From Candidatus Obscuribacteraceae bacterium (GTDB taxonomy: Bacteria > Cyanobacteriota > Vampirovibrionia > Obscuribacterales > Obscuribacteraceae): a stretch of DNA of 64,000 bases. A program made the translations under genes and the position numbers. Below are positions 56,562-64,000 of the stretch, piece by piece. The DNA lies in contig JBGASG010000001.1 in NCBI GenBank assembly GCA_044229845.1, forward strand, positions 704,001-768,000, in the 5' to 3' direction. The first letter of the stretch is position 1. Every line of letters begins with the position of its first letter. The notes under the pieces are model-generated. The model was not told the origin of the DNA, searched no databases, and was given only the letters and a program-made list of their open reading frames with translations.

Positions 56562-58520
56562 CTACGGGCGGCGCGTGGCACCGTACATCAGGCTCAGCGG
56601 CACGCGCCGCAAGCCTTCGTGGTCGTTACCCAGACCCCACTGATTGTCCATCAACAGGCGTCCCTTATTGTCCATGTCCCAGATGGTGACGACGTGCCAC
56701 CCACCAAAACCGCCGGCCCGCCCTTCACCGTTCTCCCGCCAGAATGGGTCGTGCCGCGTGTGCACCATCAAAATCACCGGTAGCTTGCCGGCTTTCTGTT
56801 GTTGCTCGATCTTCTCTTTCAGCTCCTGCTCGCTGCCGAACTGAATCGTTCGCTTGTCCGTTAAATCTGTGTGTTCCAGAATCGGCAGATCCGCGCCCGT
56901 TATCTGCTTGGATATCTCGGCAAGTTTGTCGTTGGTCAATTCAGGCTGTCGCGAAAATTCATTCCCCGTTGTCGTATCGATCAGCCGCTCGCCGGTGTCG
57001 TCCGGTGCGCTGGGCTCGACCTGCTTGTACACGTACTGGGGTTCATTGGCGGCGTAATAGGAATTGACGGCGGCGATCTGGAACAATTGACTGGCGTAGG
57101 TTCGCTCACCAGTTGTGGTGCCATAAACGTTAGCCATGCGCGCTTCGAAATCGCGCTTCAGACTGTCTGCATCCGGCGCGACGACCACATTTTGCGAGGT
57201 TTTGTATTTGCCTGTCTCGGCAATCTGGCGCACCACATTTGCCATATATTCCGGCTTGGTGGCCGCCAGCACCACCTGCAGCGTGGTGACGTTGCAGCTG
57301 TTGTGAAAGCCCTGATCGATTGAGCGCGGGTAGGCGACGTGGTGAAGCACTTGTTTTGCCAGGTCGTTGCGCTCTGATTGAGGCAGATAAGGCGCTGCCT
57401 CATCCGGTTTGAATAGTTTCTGCAATTCGCCGTAAGTTGTGGCAACTTGACTTTCTTGCAGCCGCTGAGCCTTTGCCCGGGCTTCGAAAATGTCTATGTC
57501 CGCACGGAATTTCGCCAGCTCCGCACTGTCGGAGATATTTGCTTCGGCAAGCTTTAGTAAATTGGTGCGCGCTGCTTCGACCCCTTTGCCGAGTTCGACA
57601 TCGCGAGCCAGGCGCTGATCTTCGTTTCCTTCAAAGCGCGCGATCAGCCGGTTGCCATCGGCGCGGACGAAACTGTATTCACCGTCGCGCGTGACCTGAA
57701 CGTCTTTGCGCATTTCGGTTGTGGTGCCGTTCGTCCAGTTGTCGGAGTGCTTCACCCTGGTCCAGACTTCTTTGTCGCCGGAGGTGCTGGTCTCTTCTAC
57801 CGCGACGACATGATGCCCGCTCCATCTGAAATGCCGGGAGGCACTGTTGGCATAGTGAATGTCGGTGATATGGTGATGATTGTCCGACTCTACGAAAGTG
57901 AGGTCGGACCATTCATTGGTTTTGAAATTGCGCCGGATGCGGTCGCCGCTGACGAAACCGTCTGCTTTCTCGTCCCACTGCCACTGGTTGGGTTGACCGG
58001 ACTTTGGTGTTTCGGTGATCGATACCAGCTGGTCGCCGTCGTAGGTCGACCGGTAGATGGTGCCGGTGGCAGTGGTTGTTGATGTCACCTTGCCCGTCTG
58101 GTCGACATCGCTGCTCGAGTTGTTGATATTTTGCCGATGAAAGCTGCCGTCGCCGTGAATTTTGACTTCGCCGCCCAGAGTATTTTTGTAGGATGTCTGT
58201 CCATCCTCGGTAACTTGCATGCCTATACGTTGAGCACCGATCACCTGCATTGAGCGCCAGCGATCGCCGCCGGCGTCCTTGTTCCAGATCATCTGTCCGC
58301 TAGGTCTGGTTTCGACGATGCGATTACAAACTCCGCCGGCATCGTAAGCGAGTTCCAATATCGTGCCGTTGGCGCGCGTCAACTTCTCAATCTGATTTTT
58401 GTCGTTGAACTGAACAACCGAGCCATCTGTGTTTCTCTTGACGCGCGGTTCCGGTTGGGCGGTGCGGCTTTTCTTGTGCTTCGGCAGAAAGGCGGCTGCG
58501 TGCTTCCGCCTCCCGTTCAT
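56562..58520 (-). CDS. Beta-repeat (YD/RHS-like) protein with C-terminal papain-like cysteine peptidase domain
   Basis: N-terminal repeats (G....Y(D)...I.ET...W); IDQGFHNSC, GGWHVVTI, DNQWG; start 58520 or 58625. Confidence 0.75.
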   Translation of the reverse strand: MNGRRKHAAAFLPKHKKSRTAQPEPRVKRNTDGSVVQFNDKNQIEKLTRANGTILELAYDAGGVCNRIVETRPSGQMIWNKDAGGDRWRSMQVIGAQRIGMQVTEDGQTSYKNTLGGEVKIHGDGSFHRQNINNSSSDVDQTGKVTSTTTATGTIYRSTYDGDQLVSITETPKSGQPNQWQWDEKADGFVSGDRIRRNFKTNEWSDLTFVESDNHHHITDIHYANSASRHFRWSGHHVVAVEETSTSGDKEVWTRVKHSDNWTNGTTTEMRKDVQVTRDGEYSFVRADGNRLIARFEGNEDQRLARDVELGKGVEAARTNLLKLAEANISDSAELAKFRADIDIFEARAKAQRLQESQVATTYGELQKLFKPDEAAPYLPQSERNDLAKQVLHHVAYPRSIDQGFHNSCNVTTLQVVLAATKPEYMANVVRQIAETGKYKTSQNVVVAPDADSLKRDFEARMANVYGTTTGERTYASQLFQIAAVNSYYAANEPQYVYKQVEPSAPDDTGERLIDTTTGNEFSRQPELTNDKLAEISKQITGADLPILEHTDLTDKRTIQFGSEQELKEKIEQQQKAGKLPVILMVHTRHDPFWRENGEGRAGGFGGWHVVTIWDMDNKGRLLMDNQWGLGNDHEGLRRVPLSLMYGATRRP

Positions 58521-58724
58521 CGAGGATCGGCGAAGCAAACTGCAGCTCGGAAACGAACTTATTTTCGCCCATGTTGTCACGTAACCCTGAAGCCCTTTGA
58601 TAAGAGAGTATGGTCCGTCTGACACTGGAGCAATGGGAGAACTCCCAGACAGGGCGGGTTATACGAGGTTCTTATATGATTAGGTAGTCCATCGTAGGAG
58701 TCGTGTAGACATTGGAGTTCAAAA

Positions 58725-59846
58725 GTGGACGTTCCGCAGTTTGTAATCACCGATGCGATGCGAGAGTACTCGCTCATCCGCTACGTCTCCTACTTCATTG
58801 TCCCGACTTATTCCATGCTGCTGTTGTTCTTCGGACTGCATTCGGGTCTGTTCGCCCGATTGGCTGCGGCTGCTAAAAGAGTTTCTTCTTATAGCATTGC
58901 TCAGTTCACGGCATTTTTTCTGGGCTTTTACTTGCTCATGACGGCCGCGAAATTTCCCGTCACGTATGTGCTCTCCTTTGTCGTCCCGCATCATTACCGG
59001 CTTTCCGTGCAGCCCTTCGGCGGCTGGTGGGGGGATTACATGAAGGCACAGCTGGTTGCGTTTGCGCTGTCGTGGCTGCTGGTCGGTATCTCTCTCTGGA
59101 CAGTCAGCAGGTTCAAACGCTATTGGTGGCTGATTCTCTGGTCGGCTGCGGTGCCTGTTTTTGTACTGGCGGTATTTTTGATGCCGCTTGTATTTGATCC
59201 GATCTTCAATAAATACACCGTGATGCCCGCCAGCCCGCTCAAGCAGCGCATCGTCGAGATTGCCGCCCGGGCCGGTATTCCAGATGCACCGGTCTATTTA
59301 GTGGACAGAAGTAAGCAGACCAGGTCGTATAACGCCTATGTCACAGGTCTTGGCTCGTCGGCTCGCATAGTGCTCTGGGACAACATTTTGACTTTGCCTG
59401 AAGACCAGTTGCTCGCCATTGTCGGACACGAGGCGGGGCACTACGCGCTCCATCACATCATCATTGGCAGTGGCTGTGCCCTCGCCGGAATGTTTGTAAT
59501 CTTTCTGGTGAGTGGGCGCTTTCTGCCCTGGGTGGTGCCAAAATTACCACCGCGCTGGGGCGTCGAAACGATCACCAGTTTGACGGTGGTGCCGGCTGTC
59601 TATCTGGGCGCGACCATGGTTTTATTCGTCACCGATCCGATCGTCAATTGCATTTCGCGTCTTATGGAACAGCAAGCGGACGCATACTCGCTGCAAATGA
59701 CCGGCGACGGAAAGGCGCTGGCTCGTACGTTCGTAGCGCTTTCTACTAAGAACTTAGCCGATCCCGATCCGCCTTTATTTGTCGAACTCTGGTCGTTTTC
59801 TCATCCTTCTTTGCGCCGGAGATTGAACGAAGCTCTACGTCATTGA
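58725..59846 (+). CDS. M48 (Ste24/CAAX-like) membrane metalloprotease
   Basis: D.S......NAYVTGLG...RIVL.D, HEAGH, E..AD, SHP....R. Confidence 0.93.
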   Translation: MDVPQFVITDAMREYSLIRYVSYFIVPTYSMLLLFFGLHSGLFARLAAAAKRVSSYSIAQFTAFFLGFYLLMTAAKFPVTYVLSFVVPHHYRLSVQPFGGWWGDYMKAQLVAFALSWLLVGISLWTVSRFKRYWWLILWSAAVPVFVLAVFLMPLVFDPIFNKYTVMPASPLKQRIVEIAARAGIPDAPVYLVDRSKQTRSYNAYVTGLGSSARIVLWDNILTLPEDQLLAIVGHEAGHYALHHIIIGSGCALAGMFVIFLVSGRFLPWVVPKLPPRWGVETITSLTVVPAVYLGATMVLFVTDPIVNCISRLMEQQADAYSLQMTGDGKALARTFVALSTKNLADPDPPLFVELWSFSHPSLRRRLNEALRH

Positions 59847-60474
59847 GCTTGCGCAGATCTTCCACGAACCGCTCGAATTCCCGATGTCGTGTTTCGTCGT
59901 CACGAGCCCGCAAGATTGACGACGGATGAACGGTCGCCATTATCCGCGGTGCATATGTCGAAGAGAAGAACTCACCCCTGTGTTGTGTGACTTTGAAGTT
60001 TTTGCCCAGGAGAGCCTGGGCGGCGGTAGCTCCCAGGCAGACGACCAGATAGGGTTTGATCTGTTCCAACTCGGCTAGGAGCCACGGCATGCAGGCCTGC
60101 ACTTCTATCTGGCGCGGTTTGTCGTGAATGCGCCGCTTGCCTTTCAATTGATATTTAAAGTGTTTCACCGCGTTTGTGACATATGTTTCTTCTCGCGAAA
60201 TCCCGGCGGCCATCAGTGCCTTGTCGAATAGTTTGCCGGCGGGACCGACGAACGGCTGTCCCGCTTTGTCTTCTGCATCACCGGGTTGTTCGCCGACAAA
60301 GACGATGCGCGCATTCGGAGCACCAGCCCCAAACACAGTCTGGGTGGCATTTTTATACAGATCGCAGCCCCTGCAATCAGCGGCGGCCGCGGCCAGTTTC
60401 TTCAAAGATCTTGGTTTTTCCGGGAGAAAGTCTGCAGCTGAGCAGTGACGTTCTGGTGGCTTGCTTGGTGGCAT
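59746..60474 (-). CDS. udgX: UdgX-family uracil-DNA binding protein (family 4 UDG fold)
   Basis: CRGC, GEQPG, NAVKHFK, R-loop KRRIH, HPSSIL. Confidence 0.93.
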   Translation of the reverse strand: MPPSKPPERHCSAADFLPEKPRSLKKLAAAAADCRGCDLYKNATQTVFGAGAPNARIVFVGEQPGDAEDKAGQPFVGPAGKLFDKALMAAGISREETYVTNAVKHFKYQLKGKRRIHDKPRQIEVQACMPWLLAELEQIKPYLVVCLGATAAQALLGKNFKVTQHRGEFFSSTYAPRIMATVHPSSILRARDDETRHREFERFVEDLRKLNDVELRSISGAKKDEKTTRVRQIKADRDRLSS

Positions 60475-60623
60475 TTTCGTTACACCTGAATCGGTGGGAT
60501 TCTACTTCTGATGCACGTTGGCGGCCGTGCGTTCCCATTTACTTGTTGGAATATCGGGAGTTATGCCTTTGGTATGACGTTGGATTAGGCCCATATGGCC
60601 GAAAGAAACTGGAGTCAAAATTG

Positions 60624-61055
60624 ATGCATCTGCAACGTAAAGCAAACAATCTAATGATGTTGGTGGCAGCCAATCCCGATACGCCGCCCTCAGTCATTGA
60701 GCAGCTTGCCAGAGAGGACGATCCGGAGCTGCTCGAACATCTTGCCGAGAACCCCAATTCTCCAATTAGCGTTTTGAATCAACTTTCAGGGCACCGGTCC
60801 AGCAACATTCGCCAGGGTGTGGCGACCAATCGCAATACACCCCTGGAGATATTGCAGCTCTTGACGCTCGATGCCGACCCGGACGTGCGGTACACCGTAG
60901 CTTCCAATCCGCACGTGCCGCCGCCGATTCTGGAGTCCCTGCTCCAGGATGAAAACCCATACGTAGCCGGACGAGCGGGATTGACGCTGTCCCGCTTGCA
61001 GGCTGCGTTTGAGCAAGTCAGGTCACTGACTTTCAAGGTGGCATCTGCCAGCTAA
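60624..61055 (+). CDS. Leucine-rich variant (LRV/HEAT-like) repeat protein
   Basis: Repeats A.NP.TP...L..L..D....VR; GGAG RBS at 60611 (track start 60183 is over-extended). Confidence 0.85.
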   Translation: MHLQRKANNLMMLVAANPDTPPSVIEQLAREDDPELLEHLAENPNSPISVLNQLSGHRSSNIRQGVATNRNTPLEILQLLTLDADPDVRYTVASNPHVPPPILESLLQDENPYVAGRAGLTLSRLQAAFEQVRSLTFKVASAS

Positions 61056-61118
61056 ATTCATTGCAGGTATTTGTAGGATTTCCGGGCGGTTATACTAATC
61101 GCCCCGGAGGTTTCTGCG

Positions 61119-61973
61119 ATGTCAACGGATCTGAAAAAGCTCACCCAGCTCTATGATGCCGAACGTGTCGAACGCGGTTCGGAAAAAGCCTATCGCCGCC
61201 ACTTGTACGATGTGGCCGATCAGGGTTATCAAAAGTCCATAAAACTCTATCAATCCGTCCTGGGAACGGAAGATGGAAAGCTGGTGAATGCCATGCGCGG
61301 GCTCGGTGCCTGCCAGATTGCCCGGGGGCGCGTGCAAGACGGCGAAACCACGCTGGAGCTCGCACTCGGAATTGCTGAGAAAGCCTATTACGGCGAGCAC
61401 TTCGAAGTAGGGCTGGTGCAGCACGACCTCGGTGTTTGTTATGCACTGCAGAACAAATGGGCAGAGGCTGAAGAGTGTTTTACCAAGGCGTCGGCGATTC
61501 TCGGCAAATGCCTGCAGAAGGACCACCGCCTGGTGCTGGCAACCACCCGCAAGCTGGTGGCTGTTCAGGGCATGCAAAAGAAATATGCCGACGCAGAAAA
61601 ACAGCTGGTGGCGGCATTGAAGGTTGCCGACACGGCGCTGGGACCGGCAGAGGATTTGATTCTCGACCTGGCTCTGGTGTACCAGGCGGAAGGCAAAGCT
61701 GCCGAAGCCGCGGGCTCTTATCAGGAAGCAATCGATCGTTACGAACAGCGCTCCAAGTACCCCGGACTGATCGAGGCGATGAAGTATTACGCGGAGTTTC
61801 TCAAAGCAGACAAAAAAGAAGAGTCGGAGCGCCTCTTGCGCCGCGCCGACCTGCTGGAAAATTCGTTGCCGCGCACGGAAAAGCCTCACGCACGCGATCC
61901 CGAGTCGCACTGGAAGTATCTGCTGAGTTCTGAGGCAGATATGGTGTTTCCGTCCACCCAAGTACGCTCCTAG
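61119..61973 (+). CDS. TPR protein
   Basis: GGAGG RBS; kinesin-light-chain-like TPRs (LG.CY..Q..W.EAE..F.KA..I). Confidence 0.85.
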   Translation: MSTDLKKLTQLYDAERVERGSEKAYRRHLYDVADQGYQKSIKLYQSVLGTEDGKLVNAMRGLGACQIARGRVQDGETTLELALGIAEKAYYGEHFEVGLVQHDLGVCYALQNKWAEAEECFTKASAILGKCLQKDHRLVLATTRKLVAVQGMQKKYADAEKQLVAALKVADTALGPAEDLILDLALVYQAEGKAAEAAGSYQEAIDRYEQRSKYPGLIEAMKYYAEFLKADKKEESERLLRRADLLENSLPRTEKPHARDPESHWKYLLSSEADMVFPSTQVRS

Positions 61974-62014
61974 ACTACACTGCAAGCCAACTCTGGCAGG
62001 CGAGCCTGCACGCA

Positions 62015-62047
62015 GAAAAAGGGCGACGCTGTAATACGCCGCCCTTC
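62015..62047 (-). terminator. Intrinsic terminator downstream of FKBP gene
   Basis: Minus strand AAGGGCGGCG-loop-CGTCGCCCTTTTT. Confidence 0.7.
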
Positions 62048-62077
62048 TCAATACGCTTAGAGCTCGAGTTGGTCTTC

Positions 62078-62608
62078 CTATCTGGTGCCCAGAAGTTCGA
62101 CGTCGAAGACGAGCGTGGCATTCGGCGGAATTACGCCGCCGGCGCCGCGGGGACCGTAAGCCAGATCGGGCGGGATGACCAGGCGACGCTTGCCGCCGAT
62201 TTTCATCGACATGACGCCTTCGTCCCAACCCTGAATTACCTGGCCTGCGCCGATGGTGAACTCGAAGGGTTGACCGCGATCGACGGAGCTATCAAATTTG
62301 GTGCCATCGGTAAGCCAGCCTGTGTAGTGAACTGTCACTTTCTGACCTTTTTGAGGGGAAGCGCCTGTTCCGGGCTGCAATTCTTTCATCTGCAATCCCG
62401 ATGGCGTGGATGTCATACCGGAAGTGTCAATTTGCGTTTGCATATTGGATTTTTCCTGAGCAGTTTGCTGATTGGTGGTCGTCGAAGTGGTCGTTCCCGT
62501 TTGGTTGCCGCAGCCGGACAGAAGTGCTACTGAAAGAAATACTGTGACTGCTGGAAGAAACTTCAACCTGGGGCTACCTTTATACATACGACCTTTGATT
62601 CGATTCAC
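62078..62608 (-). CDS. FKBP-type peptidyl-prolyl isomerase, lipoprotein
   Basis: LSGC lipobox; VHYTG.L.DG.KFDSS, VI.GWDEG, LAYG, L.F.VEL. Confidence 0.95.
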   Translation of the reverse strand: MNRIKGRMYKGSPRLKFLPAVTVFLSVALLSGCGNQTGTTTSTTTNQQTAQEKSNMQTQIDTSGMTSTPSGLQMKELQPGTGASPQKGQKVTVHYTGWLTDGTKFDSSVDRGQPFEFTIGAGQVIQGWDEGVMSMKIGGKRRLVIPPDLAYGPRGAGGVIPPNATLVFDVELLGTR

Positions 62609-62660
62609 TAGGACGCCATAGTCTATCTCATTTCAACGCCCGAACTTTATAATTGGTCGA

Positions 62661-63467
62661 GTGCGCCGTTTTTATGCTGCTTGGCATGTCATGTTGTCGC
62701 TGGGCTGGTGCCTGTTCTGGGCACTGCCTGTGCAGTCTTATGATCGCGCACCTCTTGATTTGCCGCCATTGATGCTGTGGGCATGGGAACGTCCCGAAGA
62801 CCTGTCCTACATAAATCCGCGACATGTGGGTGTCGCCTACCTGGCTCAGACGATCACTCTCTCCGGCAACGACAGCCTCATTCGTCGTCGCACGCAGCCG
62901 CTTCAACTGCCGAGTGGTACTAAAGTTGAAGCAGTTACGCGTATCGAGATTGATCCGCGCAAACAACCTGTCTACACGGAGCAACAGCGTCAGGCAATCG
63001 TTGACAGCATCGTCAAGCTGACCCGCATGCACAAGGTAAATGCTGTGCAGATCGATTTTGATGCGCGAGAAAACGAGCGTCAGTTCTACACCGATATTCT
63101 CAAACAATTGCGGCCGCAGTTGCCTGATCGAGTTGGACTGTCGATTACGGCGTTGGTTTCGTGGTGCCTGTACGACCAGTGGCTCGCCTCACTGCCTGTA
63201 GATGAAGCAGTGCCCATGATGTTTCGCATGGGCAGGGATCACGGCAAGGTGCTGGTGCACTTCCGCAGTCAGCGCGGTTACGCTCACTCGATCTGCAATC
63301 AGTCACTTGGAATTTCGCTGGATGAACCGCAGGTGAATGCAGTCATGAAGCAAATGGTGGCGCGCCAGCCGGCGCCGCCCCGCGTGTATGTATTCAGTCC
63401 CACCCGCTGGACAAAAGAAGCGGCGGCGCGAGCGGTACAATTTGAGGACACAAAACCAGGGGGTTGA
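62661..63467 (+). CDS. DUF3142-like secreted protein
   Basis: WAWERPEDL, QIDFDA..ER.FY, SITAL.SWC, PVDEAVPM.FRMG; family assignment from memory. Confidence 0.75.
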   Translation: MRRFYAAWHVMLSLGWCLFWALPVQSYDRAPLDLPPLMLWAWERPEDLSYINPRHVGVAYLAQTITLSGNDSLIRRRTQPLQLPSGTKVEAVTRIEIDPRKQPVYTEQQRQAIVDSIVKLTRMHKVNAVQIDFDARENERQFYTDILKQLRPQLPDRVGLSITALVSWCLYDQWLASLPVDEAVPMMFRMGRDHGKVLVHFRSQRGYAHSICNQSLGISLDEPQVNAVMKQMVARQPAPPRVYVFSPTRWTKEAAARAVQFEDTKPGG

Positions 63468-63468
63468 C

Positions 63469-64000
63469 ATGCGTTGTATGCGTGCCTTGTTGTCGACATT
63501 GCTTATTTGCTTGTTGACGTTTAACTGTTGTCTGCCCGCCGGTGCTTGCTCGTTCTACACGACGGTTTATTTCACCTATTCCACTCACCCGGATATTCCG
63601 ATGGCGCCTTACGCTCGCGGTCGGCTGGGTGTGGTGCTCAAAACTTATGCCCGCTCTTATCTGGTGGTGGCATGGCGATATTTTCAGAACCAGCCACTTA
63701 CCGATGCCGAGCAAAGAGCCGCGCTCAAAATGTGGAACGATCGCATGGGCTTCGCTTCCAGCAGTTGCGAAGATGCCAGCCAAGACTGGCTAAAAGCTCG
63801 GGCTACAGTCACCGGCTTGCCGAAGACCGCTCAAATCAACATCGAGCGGCCGGTGGTGGCAGGCAGTTACAACACGTATTGCAATTGCATGCCTGATAGT
63901 TTTCGTCAGGCATCGGCTACCTTGAAAGAGCGTGTCACCAAATATGGTGCGGCTAGCAACGATGTCAAAGAATGGGTGAAGGCTCAAGATCAAGTATTTG
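63469..64000 (+). CDS. Secreted hypothetical protein coupled to the DUF3142-like gene; runs off window end (partial)
   Basis: Not in track. Manual translation MRCMRALLSTLLICLLTFNCCLPAGACSFY...HPDIP...ARGRLGVV..TYARSYLVVAWRY; starts 1 bp after the previous stop. Confidence 0.8.
   Translation, partial: MRCMRALLSTLLICLLTFNCCLPAGACSFYTTVYFTYSTHPDIPMAPYARGRLGVVLKTYARSYLVVAWRYFQNQPLTDAEQRAALKMWNDRMGFASSSCEDASQDWLKARATVTGLPKTAQINIERPVVAGSYNTYCNCMPDSFRQASATLKERVTKYGAASNDVKEWVKAQDQVF

Noticed and set aside
2389..58267. HIP1 octamer GCGATCGC seen at 2389, 6525, 8079, 8181, 30138, 30353, 44091 and 58260
   Set aside because: About 8 copies found by eye, all in coding sequence and explainable by codon usage; too sparse to call HIP1 without a Markov-corrected count.
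55610..60474. Dnmt2-like MTase plus UdgX as a joint cytosine/uracil defence system
   Set aside because: Separated by two protease genes in different orientations; no evidence beyond proximity.
53717..62228. Long alternative-frame ORFs (53717..54682, 54851..55561, 61122..62228, 5' part of 60183..61055)
   Set aside because: Overlap well-supported genes on the opposite strand and show no recognisable motifs.

Overview
This is a densely coding bacterial chromosome window. I found no integrase, transposase, CRISPR array or rRNA. Gene content suggests a non-photosynthetic cyanobacterial relative (Melainabacteria/Vampirovibrionia, Obscuribacterales-like); this is an inference from cyanobacterial-type S20, a SigG-like ECF, stand-alone ndhB, lptC-A-B-F/G order, five Hanks-type kinases and about eight TPR proteins. 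Housekeeping loci include aroK/aroQ, the lpt operon, carA, ndhB, murC-murB-ddl, rpsT, rsmI, uppP, rpiB, ssb, an FKBP and tRNA-Arg(CCT). Lineage-specific genes lie between them. The most notable are: (1) a kinase-kinase-(tandem Clp-N + TPR) operon whose last gene is missing from the ORF track; (2) a thioredoxin-like protein with a Cys-Cys motif followed by a SECIS-like hairpin; (3) an iscA + YgfZ-TPR fusion operon preceded by a ~130-nt hairpin; (4) a triple-domain LptA; (5) a secreted pseudo-caspase-TonB_C fusion; (6) an 866-aa protein made of three copies of an unknown domain; (7) a Dnmt2-like C5-methyltransferase behind a beta-repeat/papain-like protease gene; (8) two unrelated pairs of tandem paralogous orphans. 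All calls come from reading motifs by eye; no database search or folding program was run.
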